Both the position numbers and the translations under genes were made by a program. From contig JAYSTV010000611.1 in assembly GCA_043719425.1 (NCBI GenBank), positions 1 through 30,687 of the forward strand: a stretch of DNA of 30,687 nucleotides, given 5' to 3'. The DNA comes from Acidimicrobiia bacterium (lineage in GTDB: Bacteria; Actinomycetota; Acidimicrobiia; Acidimicrobiales; JANYDT01). Under the pieces are notes generated by a model. The model saw only the letters and a program-made list of their open reading frames with translations, made no database searches and had not been told where the DNA came from. This document shows positions 16,710 through 29,893 of this stretch, piece after piece; within the stretch, counting starts at the first letter, position 1, and each line of letters starts with the position of its first letter.

Positions 16710-18173
16710 TCAGCGAGTGGCGGCGGCGACGAGCGGCGCCGGAAGTTCCGATGCACCCATGAGGAACGCATCACACGCCCGAGCAGCCGACCGTCCTTCG
16801 GCAATCGCCCACACAATGAGGCTCTGGCCCCGACCCATGTCACCGGCCACAAAGACTGATTCGACGCTGGTGGCGTAGTCGGCATCGCGAGCCACGTTGC
16901 CGCGACCGTCGAGGGCCACTCCGAACTGTTCGAGCAGGCCGCCCTTCTCCGGACCGACAAAACCCATGGCCAAAAACACGAAGTCGGCGGCGATCTCGAA
17001 CTCGGAGCCTTCGACCTTGTCGAACGTGGGTCGCCCATCGACCACCCGACTCACCACTTCGTGACCACGAATGGCGCGGAGGTTACCGTCGTCGTCGCCG
17101 ACGTATTCCGTCGTGGTGACGGAATACAACCGCTCGCCACCTTCCTCGTGGGCCGACGTGACCTTGTAGACGAACGGGAACAGCGGCCACGGATTGCCGT
17201 CGGCGCGATCCTCGGGTGGCCGCGGCAAGATCTCGAACTGCTTGACCGACGCCGCCCCCTGGCGATGCGCGGTGCCGAGGCAATCGGCACCGGTGTCGCC
17301 GCCGCCGATGATCACCACATGCTTGCCGTGAACGTCGATCGGCGAGCTGGCGAAGTCGCCATGCTGCACCTTGTTCGACGGCATCAGGTACTCCATGGCG
17401 TAGTACACCCCACGCAGGTTGCGGCCCGGCGCATCGAGGTCGCGAGCCGCAGTGGAACCCCCGGCGAGAACAACCGAGTCAAACGTTGTCCGAAGATCGT
17501 CGGCCGACGGGTGACCGGGCTGGCCAACATGCACACCGGTGCGGAACACCGTTCCTTCGGCCTTCATCTGTTCGAGGCGGCGGTCGAGAACCCACTTCTC
17601 CATCTTGAACTCGGGGATGCCGTAGCGAAGGAGGCCGCCGATGCGATCGGCTCGTTCGAACACGACGACATCGTGGCCAGCGCGCGTGAGCTGCTGGGCG
17701 GCGGCGAGGCCAGCCGGGCCGGAGCCAATGATGGCCACTTTCATACCGGTCTTCACTTTGGCAATGATCGGCTTGACTCGACCCTCATCCCAGGCGCGGT
17801 CGATGATCGTGTTCTCGACAACCTTGATGGTCACTGGATCATCGTTGATGCCGAGCACGCACGCGCCCTCGCACGGGGCTGGGCAGAGGCGGCCGGTGAA
17901 CTCCGGGAAGTTGTTGGTGGCATGCAGCCGCTCAATGGCATCGGACCAGTCGTTCTTGTAGACGAGGTCATTCCACTCGGGAATGAGGTTTCCCAGCGGA
18001 CAGCCGTTGTGACAGAACGGAATGCCGCAGTCCATGCAGCGTCCGGCCTGGGTTTTCAACGCCGCGTCAGGGAACGGTTCGTAGACCTCTTTCCAGTCGC
18101 GCAACCGCACGGGAACCGGACGCCTCGTTGGCGTAGCCCTCGTGTTCTTCATGAATCCACCGATTTCACCCAT
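16710..18173 (-). CDS. gltD: Glutamate synthase small (beta) subunit
   Basis: [17 protein letters not shown]; [17 protein letters not shown]; [10 protein letters not shown]; GGGDTGADC; [18 protein letters not shown]. Start at ATG 18173 (MGEIGGF). Confidence 0.97.
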   Translation of the reverse strand: MGEIGGFMKNTRATPTRRPVPVRLRDWKEVYEPFPDAALKTQAGRCMDCGIPFCHNGCPLGNLIPEWNDLVYKNDWSDAIERLHATNNFPEFTGRLCPAPCEGACVLGINDDPVTIKVVENTIIDRAWDEGRVKPIIAKVKTGMKVAIIGSGPAGLAAAQQLTRAGHDVVVFERADRIGGLLRYGIPEFKMEKWVLDRRLEQMKAEGTVFRTGVHVGQPGHPSADDLRTTFDSVVLAGGSTAARDLDAPGRNLRGVYYAMEYLMPSNKVQHGDFASSPIDVHGKHVVIIGGGDTGADCLGTAHRQGAASVKQFEILPRPPEDRADGNPWPLFPFVYKVTSAHEEGGERLYSVTTTEYVGDDDGNLRAIRGHEVVSRVVDGRPTFDKVEGSEFEIAADFVFLAMGFVGPEKGGLLEQFGVALDGRGNVARDADYATSVESVFVAGDMGRGQSLIVWAIAEGRSAARACDAFLMGASELPAPLVAAATR

Positions 18174-18231
18174 GAACCGCTCTCGTTTCCCGTAAATACA
18201 ATGCGTGCTGATTATTTGTACACATAGAACT

Positions 18232-18282
18232 ATGCCCTTGCCGCGGCTGTGTTCGTGGTCGCCATGGGTATCCGCACAACCC

Positions 18283-18300
<18 letters not shown>
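18232..18300. repeat. 16-bp exact direct repeat ATGCCCTTGCCGCGGC (18232-18247 and 18285-18300), duplicating the gltB 3' end
   Basis: Read directly from the sequence; period 53 bp. Confidence 0.92.
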
Positions 18301-22923
<4,623 letters not shown>

Positions 22924-23057
22924 GGGGCGGCAAACCTTTCCGAGGACGAACGGGCTGAGAGGTGAAATCGGACGGCACCACCCAGAGTGGGCGAGTCGCC
23001 AACGGCAACGACACAGGATTCGCTCCTCGAGACAACGCTGGCCCGACGAACGATGCG

Positions 23058-23066
23058 ACCCTAGCA
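23058..23066 (-). promoter_or_regulatory. Extended -10 (TG-C-TAGGGT), candidate gltB promoter
   Basis: TGnTANNNT located about 135 nt upstream of ATG 22923. Confidence 0.45.
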
Positions 23067-23118
23067 AAGGGGTTGGTGGTCGCGTCAGGCGGATTTTCGG
23101 CTCGCCCTCTTGACCCGG

Positions 23119-23733
23119 TCAGGTCAAGACGGCGTTGATCCGTTCCAGCAGGTCAGCGAAGGAATCGAGGGCCGGCAACTGGGGGAACTGGGCCTTCACA
23201 TTGTCCGGCGCATGGAACAGGAAGCCGGCTTCAGCGCTCAACAGCATCGACGTGTCGTTGTAGGAGTCCCCGGCCGCCACCACGCGGTAGTTCAGTGACT
23301 GAAAGGCGTGGACAGCCGCCCGTTTGGGATCGGGCATGCGGAGCTTGTACCCAACGATCCGGTCGTCTTCGACGATGAGCCGATGACACAGGATCGTCGG
23401 TCGACCGAGTTGGGCCATGAGTGGAGCGGCGAATTGCTCGAACGTGTCGGACAGGATCACCACCTGCGTGCGTAGGCGAATCTCGTCGAGAAACGCGGCA
23501 GCGCCGGGTAGCGGCTCGAGTCCGCCGATGACGTCTTGGATGAGCGACATCGTGAGGCCGTGGCGGTCGAGCAAGTCGATCCGGTAGTTCATGAGCACGT
23601 CGTAGTCAGGCTCGTCGCGGGTCGTTCGGCGCAGCTCCGGGATACCGGTTCGTTCGGCCACGGCAATCCAGATCTCCGGGACGAGTACGCCCTCCAGGTC
23701 AAGGGTCACGATGGTCTGCTGCGGCGAACTCAC
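23119..23733 (-). CDS. thrH: Bifunctional phosphoserine phosphatase / homoserine phosphotransferase (HAD family)
   Basis: IVTLDLEGVLVPEIWIAVAE.TGIPELRRTTRDEPDYDVLM; VVILSDTFEQFA; AAGDSYNDTSML. Start GTG 23733. Confidence 0.93.
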   Translation of the reverse strand: MSSPQQTIVTLDLEGVLVPEIWIAVAERTGIPELRRTTRDEPDYDVLMNYRIDLLDRHGLTMSLIQDVIGGLEPLPGAAAFLDEIRLRTQVVILSDTFEQFAAPLMAQLGRPTILCHRLIVEDDRIVGYKLRMPDPKRAAVHAFQSLNYRVVAAGDSYNDTSMLLSAEAGFLFHAPDNVKAQFPQLPALDSFADLLERINAVLT

Positions 23734-23848
23734 GACCAAAAGTGTTACCCGAACTTTGTCGCGGATGCCGACGAACCGCCATGTTCCTGCTGGTGACCCG
23801 GAGGCTCCGGCCGCCGCGCACCCCTCGCCGCCGCGGGCATCTCGTTCG

Positions 23849-23873
23849 TTGCGTCGCTCCCCGAGCGACGCAA
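23849..23873. other. Perfect 11-bp hairpin TTGCGTCGCTC-CCC-GAGCGACGCAA in a divergent intergenic region
   Basis: Direct reading; extendable by TCGT/ACGA across an internal loop. Confidence 0.7.
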
Positions 23874-23948
23874 AGCACGATTTCCGATCTGTGCACCTGG
23901 AGAGCACCGGTGATCAAGTTCGGGACCCGGTGACCCGATGTTCAACGC

Positions 23949-25478
23949 GTGAGTTCCACCACCCGCGTCGCCGCTCCGGTCGCCGCCGCTCCGCCGCGCT
24001 GGTTGAGGCGAGTCTCCCCAGCTACCGCCGGCACGACGCTTTTACTCACGGCTGTTGCCGCCGGGGCGGCCACACCCGTCGTTGACCCCGACGTGTTCTG
24101 GCATGTGGCGTCGGGCGAATGGATTCTGAAGAACCACCGCATCCCGAAGACTGATCCGTTCTCGTGGACGTCGCCGGGTCGCAAATGGATAGCCCACGAA
24201 TGGCTCACCGAAATCATCTTCGGCGCGCTCCATCGCCTTGGCGGTTGGCCCGCGTTGGTGCTCTACGCGGTAGTCGTCATCACGACGTCGTGGGCCATCG
24301 TGGCGAAGACCTGTCGGCGACTCGGCGCGAGTGCCGCGTGGGCAAACGTCGTGACCGGGGTCGCCGCGCTGTCGTGCCTTCATACCTGGGGCGCCCGACC
24401 GCAGATGCTCTCGCTGCTCCTCGGTGCTCTCTATGCCGACCTGATCGTCCGGGCCTGGCAAGGTCGACCGAGGCTGCTCGTTTGGTGCGTGCCGATCATG
24501 CTCGTGTGGTGCAACGTGCACGGCGGGTACATGTTCGGTATCTCGATGCTGCTGCTGTTCGTCGGCGGTCTCATCGGTGAAGCCATTCTTCGTCGACTGT
24601 GGCCCGGCCGTCGCGCCGGCACGGTTGGCGTCACCAGATCGTTGTTGGGGTGGAGCGTCGGATCGCTGCTGGCCACGGTGGCGGTCTCGTTGGCCAATCC
24701 CAACGGGGTCGAAGGCTTTCTGTACCCGTTCTCCTACCTGGGCGACAACGCGTCGACGCGCTACATCGAGGAATGGTTCTCCCCCACGTTCAGTCGATTG
24801 CAGTGGTGGCCGTTCTTCGCCCTGATTGCCATTGGCGCACTGGTGGCCTGGAAGCAGCGTCGGACCGTGCCGGTCTACGCCGTCGTCGGCATGGCGATCT
24901 ACGCCGCCCTCGGCGTGCAGTCGGTGCGCAACATCACCCAGTTCTCGTTCTTCGCCGCTCCGTTCGTAGCGGCCGCGCTCACGCAGGCATCGGCGGCGGC
25001 GCGAGCACTGCGACCGAGCGCCAAGGAACCCGGCTCCAGCGCGTTTGCCGCGGTACTCCCGATGGGTGCGTTGATCGGCTCAGCAGCTATCGCCGTGATC
25101 GGTCTCGCCGCGCTGACTCCGCAGGCCAACGCCGACGCCCAGGCCAAGGAGTTCCCGGCGGCGGCCGCCACCTACCTTGCCGTGCATCCCACGACGAATC
25201 TGTTCAACCAATACGACTGGGGCGGCTACCTGATCTGGCGCCTCGATCAACCGGTCGGTATCGATGGTCGCCCGGACATGTACGGCGACGCGTTCGTTGA
25301 TCGCTACGTCGCCACGTGGAACGCCCAGCCCGGCTGGGAACGTCACGTCGAAGAAGCGAACGTGCAATCCGTGCTCGGTCTCCCCAACGCACCCTTGGTG
25401 AAGAAGCTACGCGCGCTGACGACTCTCTGGGCCGTGGCCTTCGAGGACTCCCGCTCCGTCCTTCTCGTCCGTCGCTGA
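23949..25478 (+). CDS. Polytopic membrane protein, probable GT-C-fold (polyprenyl-phosphate-sugar-dependent) glycosyltransferase
   Basis: DPDVFWHVASGEWIL loop after TM1; RPQMLSL; WCNVHGGY; EWFSP; C-terminal soluble domain FNQYDWGGYL...IDGRPDMYG. Confidence 0.65.
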   Translation: MSSTTRVAAPVAAAPPRWLRRVSPATAGTTLLLTAVAAGAATPVVDPDVFWHVASGEWILKNHRIPKTDPFSWTSPGRKWIAHEWLTEIIFGALHRLGGWPALVLYAVVVITTSWAIVAKTCRRLGASAAWANVVTGVAALSCLHTWGARPQMLSLLLGALYADLIVRAWQGRPRLLVWCVPIMLVWCNVHGGYMFGISMLLLFVGGLIGEAILRRLWPGRRAGTVGVTRSLLGWSVGSLLATVAVSLANPNGVEGFLYPFSYLGDNASTRYIEEWFSPTFSRLQWWPFFALIAIGALVAWKQRRTVPVYAVVGMAIYAALGVQSVRNITQFSFFAAPFVAAALTQASAAARALRPSAKEPGSSAFAAVLPMGALIGSAAIAVIGLAALTPQANADAQAKEFPAAAATYLAVHPTTNLFNQYDWGGYLIWRLDQPVGIDGRPDMYGDAFVDRYVATWNAQPGWERHVEEANVQSVLGLPNAPLVKKLRALTTLWAVAFEDSRSVLLVRR

Positions 25479-25486
25479 CGCCGGCG

Positions 25487-26377
25487 CTACGCCTTGATCC
25501 GACGGCCTATACGGCGGAGTTCGCCGAGCATGCGAAACGAGTCGCGCACGGGGTCGACCTTGGAACCGGGTTGGTGGGTCCAGCGGATCGCCATCTCATC
25601 GACGGCGTATCCGGCCTGACGGGCGCGCAGGAGGACCTCCACGTCGAAGGCGAAACCATCGGTCTCGAGACTGCTGAACACCGCCGTGGCCACGTCGGAG
25701 CGGAAGAACTTCAGCGCGCACTGCGGATCGCGAACGCCCGTCGGTGCCAGCATCTCGGTGATCCGGCGGAACACGACCGACGCGACCCGTCGCAGTCGCG
25801 GCTGTACCGCCGGGTCGACCAGGCGCTCGCCGACCACGATGTCGCCACGGGTCAGGTGCAAACGGTTCAGCGCCCGGCGAATCTCCAACGGATCGAGTGA
25901 GAGATCAGCATCGACGAAACCAACGTAGGGACTCGTCGAAGCCAGCACCCCAGCACGGACCGCAGCACCCTTTCCGGAGTTCACCGCCAACCGCAAGACC
26001 GAGGCGTCGGGCAGGCCAAGTCGGCTGATGCAGGCCTCGGCCACAGCCGCGGTTCGGTCCGAGGAGCCATCATCGACGAGGACCAGGCGGATCCCGTCGA
26101 GGCCTGCCTCTTCCAAGGCCAGCAACGATCGCTCGATCCGAGCTTCCTCGTTGAACATCGGGACGACGAGAGTCAGGCGGGGCAGCGTCGACGGAACGAG
26201 TTCGTCCTCGGCGATGCGCAGGCGGTCGCGAACGTAGGCCGCGGTCGGCCGGGCCGGACGCGGCCGTGCAGACGCGTTCCGACGTTGGGGCGACACCACG
26301 ACCAACACTTCGGCACTCGGAGCCAGCAGGTTGAGGCCGCGGTTTGGGCTGCTGACGACACACACGTCGCTGACCAC
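25487..26377 (-). CDS. GT2 family polyprenyl/dolichyl-phosphate glycosyltransferase (Alg5/DPM-like); true start may be downstream
   Basis: VVPMFNEEARI; VDDGSSDRT; NSGKGAAVRAG; FVDADLS; DPQCALK; FAFDVEVL; W.HQPGSKV. Confidence 0.85.
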   Translation of the reverse strand: MVSDVCVVSSPNRGLNLLAPSAEVLVVVSPQRRNASARPRPARPTAAYVRDRLRIAEDELVPSTLPRLTLVVPMFNEEARIERSLLALEEAGLDGIRLVLVDDGSSDRTAAVAEACISRLGLPDASVLRLAVNSGKGAAVRAGVLASTSPYVGFVDADLSLDPLEIRRALNRLHLTRGDIVVGERLVDPAVQPRLRRVASVVFRRITEMLAPTGVRDPQCALKFFRSDVATAVFSSLETDGFAFDVEVLLRARQAGYAVDEMAIRWTHQPGSKVDPVRDSFRMLGELRRIGRRIKA

Positions 26378-26409
26378 GTACGGCCGCCCCGGCAGTACCG
26401 TTGATACCC

Positions 26410-27642
26410 GTGCCCATTCCCCGCTCGACCGAGATCGCCATCGTTGGCGCCGGTCCCGGTGGGGCCTCAGCGGCGATCGCTCTGGCCCGGGCCGGACGGT
26501 CGGTCACCCTGATCGACCGGGCCACCTTTCCCCGAGACAAATGCTGCGGCGACGGTCTGACCACCGGCGCCCTTCGTCGGCTCGACGCGCTCGGGCTCGA
26601 TCCGTCGACCATCCCCAGCTGGACCTGGGTCGACGATGTGCAGATCACCCCGCCGAACGGCAGGCGCCGGACGTTCCCACTCCCCCGGGAGATGGGACGC
26701 TTCGCCGCCGTGGCCACCCGCATGGAACTCGACGCCGCACTGGTCAAGCTCGCCGTGGAAGCAGGCGCCACGCTGCACGAGTCGGCCACGCTCACGGCGA
26801 TCAGTCAGAGCGCCACCGATGTTCACCTCACGATCAACACGACCCACGGTGAAACGTCGCTCACCGCTGAACGGGTCATCGCCGCCGACGGCATGTGGTC
26901 ATCAACACGCAAACTGCTCGACCCCACTCGCTCGGCGGGGCCCTATCTCGGCGAATGGCACGGCTATCGCCAATACGTAAGCAATGTGCACACCCAGGCG
27001 TCGCGCGACCTCTGTGTGTGGTTCGATGCCGACATCGTGCCCGGCTACCTGTGGTGCTTTCCTCTGGCCGACGGTCGAGTGAATCTCGGCTTCGGTGTTG
27101 AACGTCGACCGGAGCTGAAGACGAAAGAAATGAAAGGCCTCTGGACCACGCTCCTCGCCCGTCCGTATCTGCGCAACGTTCTCGGCCCGGACCCGGTCTT
27201 CGAAGGTAGTCCCAAGGCCTGGCCGATTCCCTGTGCCCCGACCGATGCCGCGGCAGCCAGCGGCCGCGTGCTCTTCGTTGGCGACGCCGTGCGCGCCTGC
27301 GACGTGCTCACCGGTGAGGGCATCGGTCAGGCCCTGCAGACCGGAACGATGGCCGCCCACGCAATCCTCTGTACACATACGTTTGCCGACGCCGCCGCAA
27401 CGTACGAGGCCGACCTGCGCTCCCACCTCGGCCCCGACCACCGAATGGCCACCGCCCTCGAACGCATGATGCGATCGAAAGCAGTGGCCAATGGGGCCGT
27501 CGCGATTTCGGGATCAACCGACTGGACCCGACGGAACTTCGCCCGCTGGTTGTTCGAGGATTACCCCCGCGGGATCGCTCTCACGCCGAAGCGGTGGCGC
27601 AAGGGCCTGATGAGCGGCGCCGGCGCCTACCTCAACAAGTAA
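26410..27642 (+). CDS. Geranylgeranyl reductase family FAD-dependent oxidoreductase (MenJ-like possible)
   Basis: IVGAGPGGASAA; FPRDKCCGDGL; GYLWCFPLADGRVNLG; GDA....LTGEGIGQA. Start GTG 26410 (or TTG 26401). Confidence 0.85.
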   Translation: MPIPRSTEIAIVGAGPGGASAAIALARAGRSVTLIDRATFPRDKCCGDGLTTGALRRLDALGLDPSTIPSWTWVDDVQITPPNGRRRTFPLPREMGRFAAVATRMELDAALVKLAVEAGATLHESATLTAISQSATDVHLTINTTHGETSLTAERVIAADGMWSSTRKLLDPTRSAGPYLGEWHGYRQYVSNVHTQASRDLCVWFDADIVPGYLWCFPLADGRVNLGFGVERRPELKTKEMKGLWTTLLARPYLRNVLGPDPVFEGSPKAWPIPCAPTDAAAASGRVLFVGDAVRACDVLTGEGIGQALQTGTMAAHAILCTHTFADAAATYEADLRSHLGPDHRMATALERMMRSKAVANGAVAISGSTDWTRRNFARWLFEDYPRGIALTPKRWRKGLMSGAGAYLNK

Positions 27643-27649
27643 GCGCGCA

Positions 27650-29812
27650 TTAGACCAACGAAGGATGCGACGGCCTCGATTCAAGCGAGACCTTCGGAAG
27701 CACTCGACGAAGCCACTTCGGCATCCACCAGTTGCGAGCGCCGAGCAATTCCATCGTGGCCGGAACGAGCAGCATGCGAACCAACGTGGCGTCGATGAAC
27801 ACGGCGGCGGCGAGACCGAAGCCGATCATCTTGATGGACCGGTCACCGTTTGTCAGGAAGCCACCAAAGACCATCACCATGATGGCGGCGGCGGCCGTGA
27901 TGACCCGAGCGGTCGACGCCAATCCGTCGATGACCGCTTCTCGGTTGTTCCCGGTGTGATCGAAGCGCTCCTTGATGGCCGTGAGCAGAAACACCTCGTA
28001 GTCCATCGATAAACCGAAGACGATGGCAAAGAGCATCATCGGTGCCCACGGTTCGATCGGTGCCCCGCCGCTCACGCCAAGCAGGGAGCCGAACCAGCCC
28101 CACTGGAACACGGCGACCATCGCCCCGTAGGCCGCACCGATCGACAGCAGGTTCAAGATCACCGCCTTGAGGGGTACCAGCAACGAGCCAAACACGAGCA
28201 TCAGCAACACGAAGCTGAACGCGAGCACGGAACCCATGAAGATCGGGAGACGGGAGCTCATGATCTGGGCGAAGTCGATGTCCGATGCGGTCTGCCCGCC
28301 CACGTGAGCTTCGAGCGCGCTGCCGCGGGCCGCGGCCGGGATGACGTCGTTGCGAAGACGATGCACGAGACTGGCCGTTTCCTCGTCCTGCGGACCCGTC
28401 GAGGGGATGAGCGTGATGGCCGCCGCGGTGTTGTCGGCATTCGGCGATACGCCCAGCACGGCGGCAACACCCTTCGTCGAGGCCAGTGACACTTCCAATG
28501 CGCGCAGAGCATCGCGAGACGATGCATCGGGGGTGGCCGCGGCAATGACCAGCGGGCCGTTGACCCCTTTCCCGAACCCCGACGAGATCAGTTCATATGC
28601 TTCACGCGTGGTGGAACCCTTGGCGTCGTTGCCGTGATCGGCCGAGGCCAGATGCATCCACGCCACCGGCAACACCAGCGCGCCGAGCAATGCCGTGCCA
28701 GCAATGGCGAACCCGGCGGCCCTCCGCTGCACGAGACGACCCCAACGGTGCCACAGGGTCTCTCTCGTCGAGATCGCCGCACGCTTGGCACGCGCCCCCA
28801 CCCGTCGACCCATGAGCGACAACAGCGCCGGGAGCAACGTGATGGCGGCGAGCACCGCCACCAAAACCGTCGACGCCGTCCCCATGGCGAGACCATGCAA
28901 GAACGGCAGACCAATGAGGATCATGCCGAGCAGCGAGACCATCACGATGGAACCGGCGAAGACCACGGCGCGTCCGGCCGTGCCGATGGCTTCGTCGAGC
29001 GCTTCGCTGGGCGTGGCGCCAAGGGCGAGCGCGTGGCGATACCGGGTGATGATGAACAGGGCGTAGTCAATCCCGACGCCAAGGCCAACCATCACCGCGA
29101 CCTGGGTGGTGAACTCCGGGGTGTTGACCACGCGGGCCCAGAGTCCGAGTGAGCTAACCCCGATGGCCACCCCGATGAGGGCGGTGAGGATCGGCACGCC
29201 CATGGCGATGATCGATCCGAAGGCGAGCAACAGAATCACTACCGCGGCCGCGACCCCGATGATCTCGCCGCTGCCGTCGAGGCCACCACCGCTGAACGCT
29301 CCGCTGGCAAACTCGACACGCACCTTTTCGGTGTTGAACGTCTTTGCTGCCCTCACGACCGCGTCAACCGTGGACTGCTGTTCGTCGACCGGCCCGGTGT
29401 ACTGAAACGAGGCTTGCCCAATGCGCCCGTCGGACGAGACGAGCGCACCGGCATCGAAGGGCGTGGAGGGGCGATCCACGTTCTTGATCGCGTCGATGCG
29501 ACGGATGAACGCGTTGATCTCGTTGCGCTGGGTGTCGAGTCGTTGGCCCGGCGCGACAGCAAACACCATGGCTTCACGATCAACATCGGTCGAGGGCATC
29601 TTTTCGTCGAGGAGGCGATAGGCGCGATCAGAATCGGTGCCGGTGAGTCGTCCCCCTCCGGAAAACGGTCCGGCGAAGGCCGACCCCAACGCGATCACGG
29701 CCACGAGGCCAACAATCCAGACGAAGAGGGTGCGCCAACGATGACGAAAACAGGACTGGGCGAGTTTGACGATCATGGTGTCCATCGTGCGGACGGACAC
29801 CTCGCCTGCCAT
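27650..29812 (-). CDS. MMPL family (RND-like) transporter
   Basis: GLGVGIDYALFIITRYR; GRAVVFAG; FGLSMDYEVFLL; TARVITAAAAIM; DATLVRMLLVPA. RBS GGAGG lies 7 nt before ATG 29812. Confidence 0.93.
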   Translation of the reverse strand: MAGEVSVRTMDTMIVKLAQSCFRHRWRTLFVWIVGLVAVIALGSAFAGPFSGGGRLTGTDSDRAYRLLDEKMPSTDVDREAMVFAVAPGQRLDTQRNEINAFIRRIDAIKNVDRPSTPFDAGALVSSDGRIGQASFQYTGPVDEQQSTVDAVVRAAKTFNTEKVRVEFASGAFSGGGLDGSGEIIGVAAAVVILLLAFGSIIAMGVPILTALIGVAIGVSSLGLWARVVNTPEFTTQVAVMVGLGVGIDYALFIITRYRHALALGATPSEALDEAIGTAGRAVVFAGSIVMVSLLGMILIGLPFLHGLAMGTASTVLVAVLAAITLLPALLSLMGRRVGARAKRAAISTRETLWHRWGRLVQRRAAGFAIAGTALLGALVLPVAWMHLASADHGNDAKGSTTREAYELISSGFGKGVNGPLVIAAATPDASSRDALRALEVSLASTKGVAAVLGVSPNADNTAAAITLIPSTGPQDEETASLVHRLRNDVIPAAARGSALEAHVGGQTASDIDFAQIMSSRLPIFMGSVLAFSFVLLMLVFGSLLVPLKAVILNLLSIGAAYGAMVAVFQWGWFGSLLGVSGGAPIEPWAPMMLFAIVFGLSMDYEVFLLTAIKERFDHTGNNREAVIDGLASTARVITAAAAIMVMVFGGFLTNGDRSIKMIGFGLAAAVFIDATLVRMLLVPATMELLGARNWWMPKWLRRVLPKVSLESRPSHPSLV

Positions 29813-29843
29813 CGGGGGTCCTCCCGAAGGTCGCGGCCCACCA

Positions 29844-29885
29844 ACCCTGAACAAACCCCCGCTGAACCCTGACGCCCGTCAGGGT
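29844..29885. promoter_or_regulatory. ACCCTGA half-site array (inverted repeat ACCCTGAC-GCCC-GTCAGGGT at 29866-29885 plus a direct copy at 29844-29850) upstream of MMPL
   Basis: Direct reading. No U-tract, so an operator is favoured over an intrinsic terminator. Confidence 0.5.
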
Positions 29886-29893
29886 CTGTGCCG

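Noticed and set aside
23119-23907. Long N-terminal extensions given by the ORF track for thrH (and likewise gltB 23067, gltD 18311, pcs 8112, membrane gene 7670)
   Set aside because: The extensions are non-conserved-looking and overlap neighbouring genes or promoters. Downstream starts match the family N-termini better.
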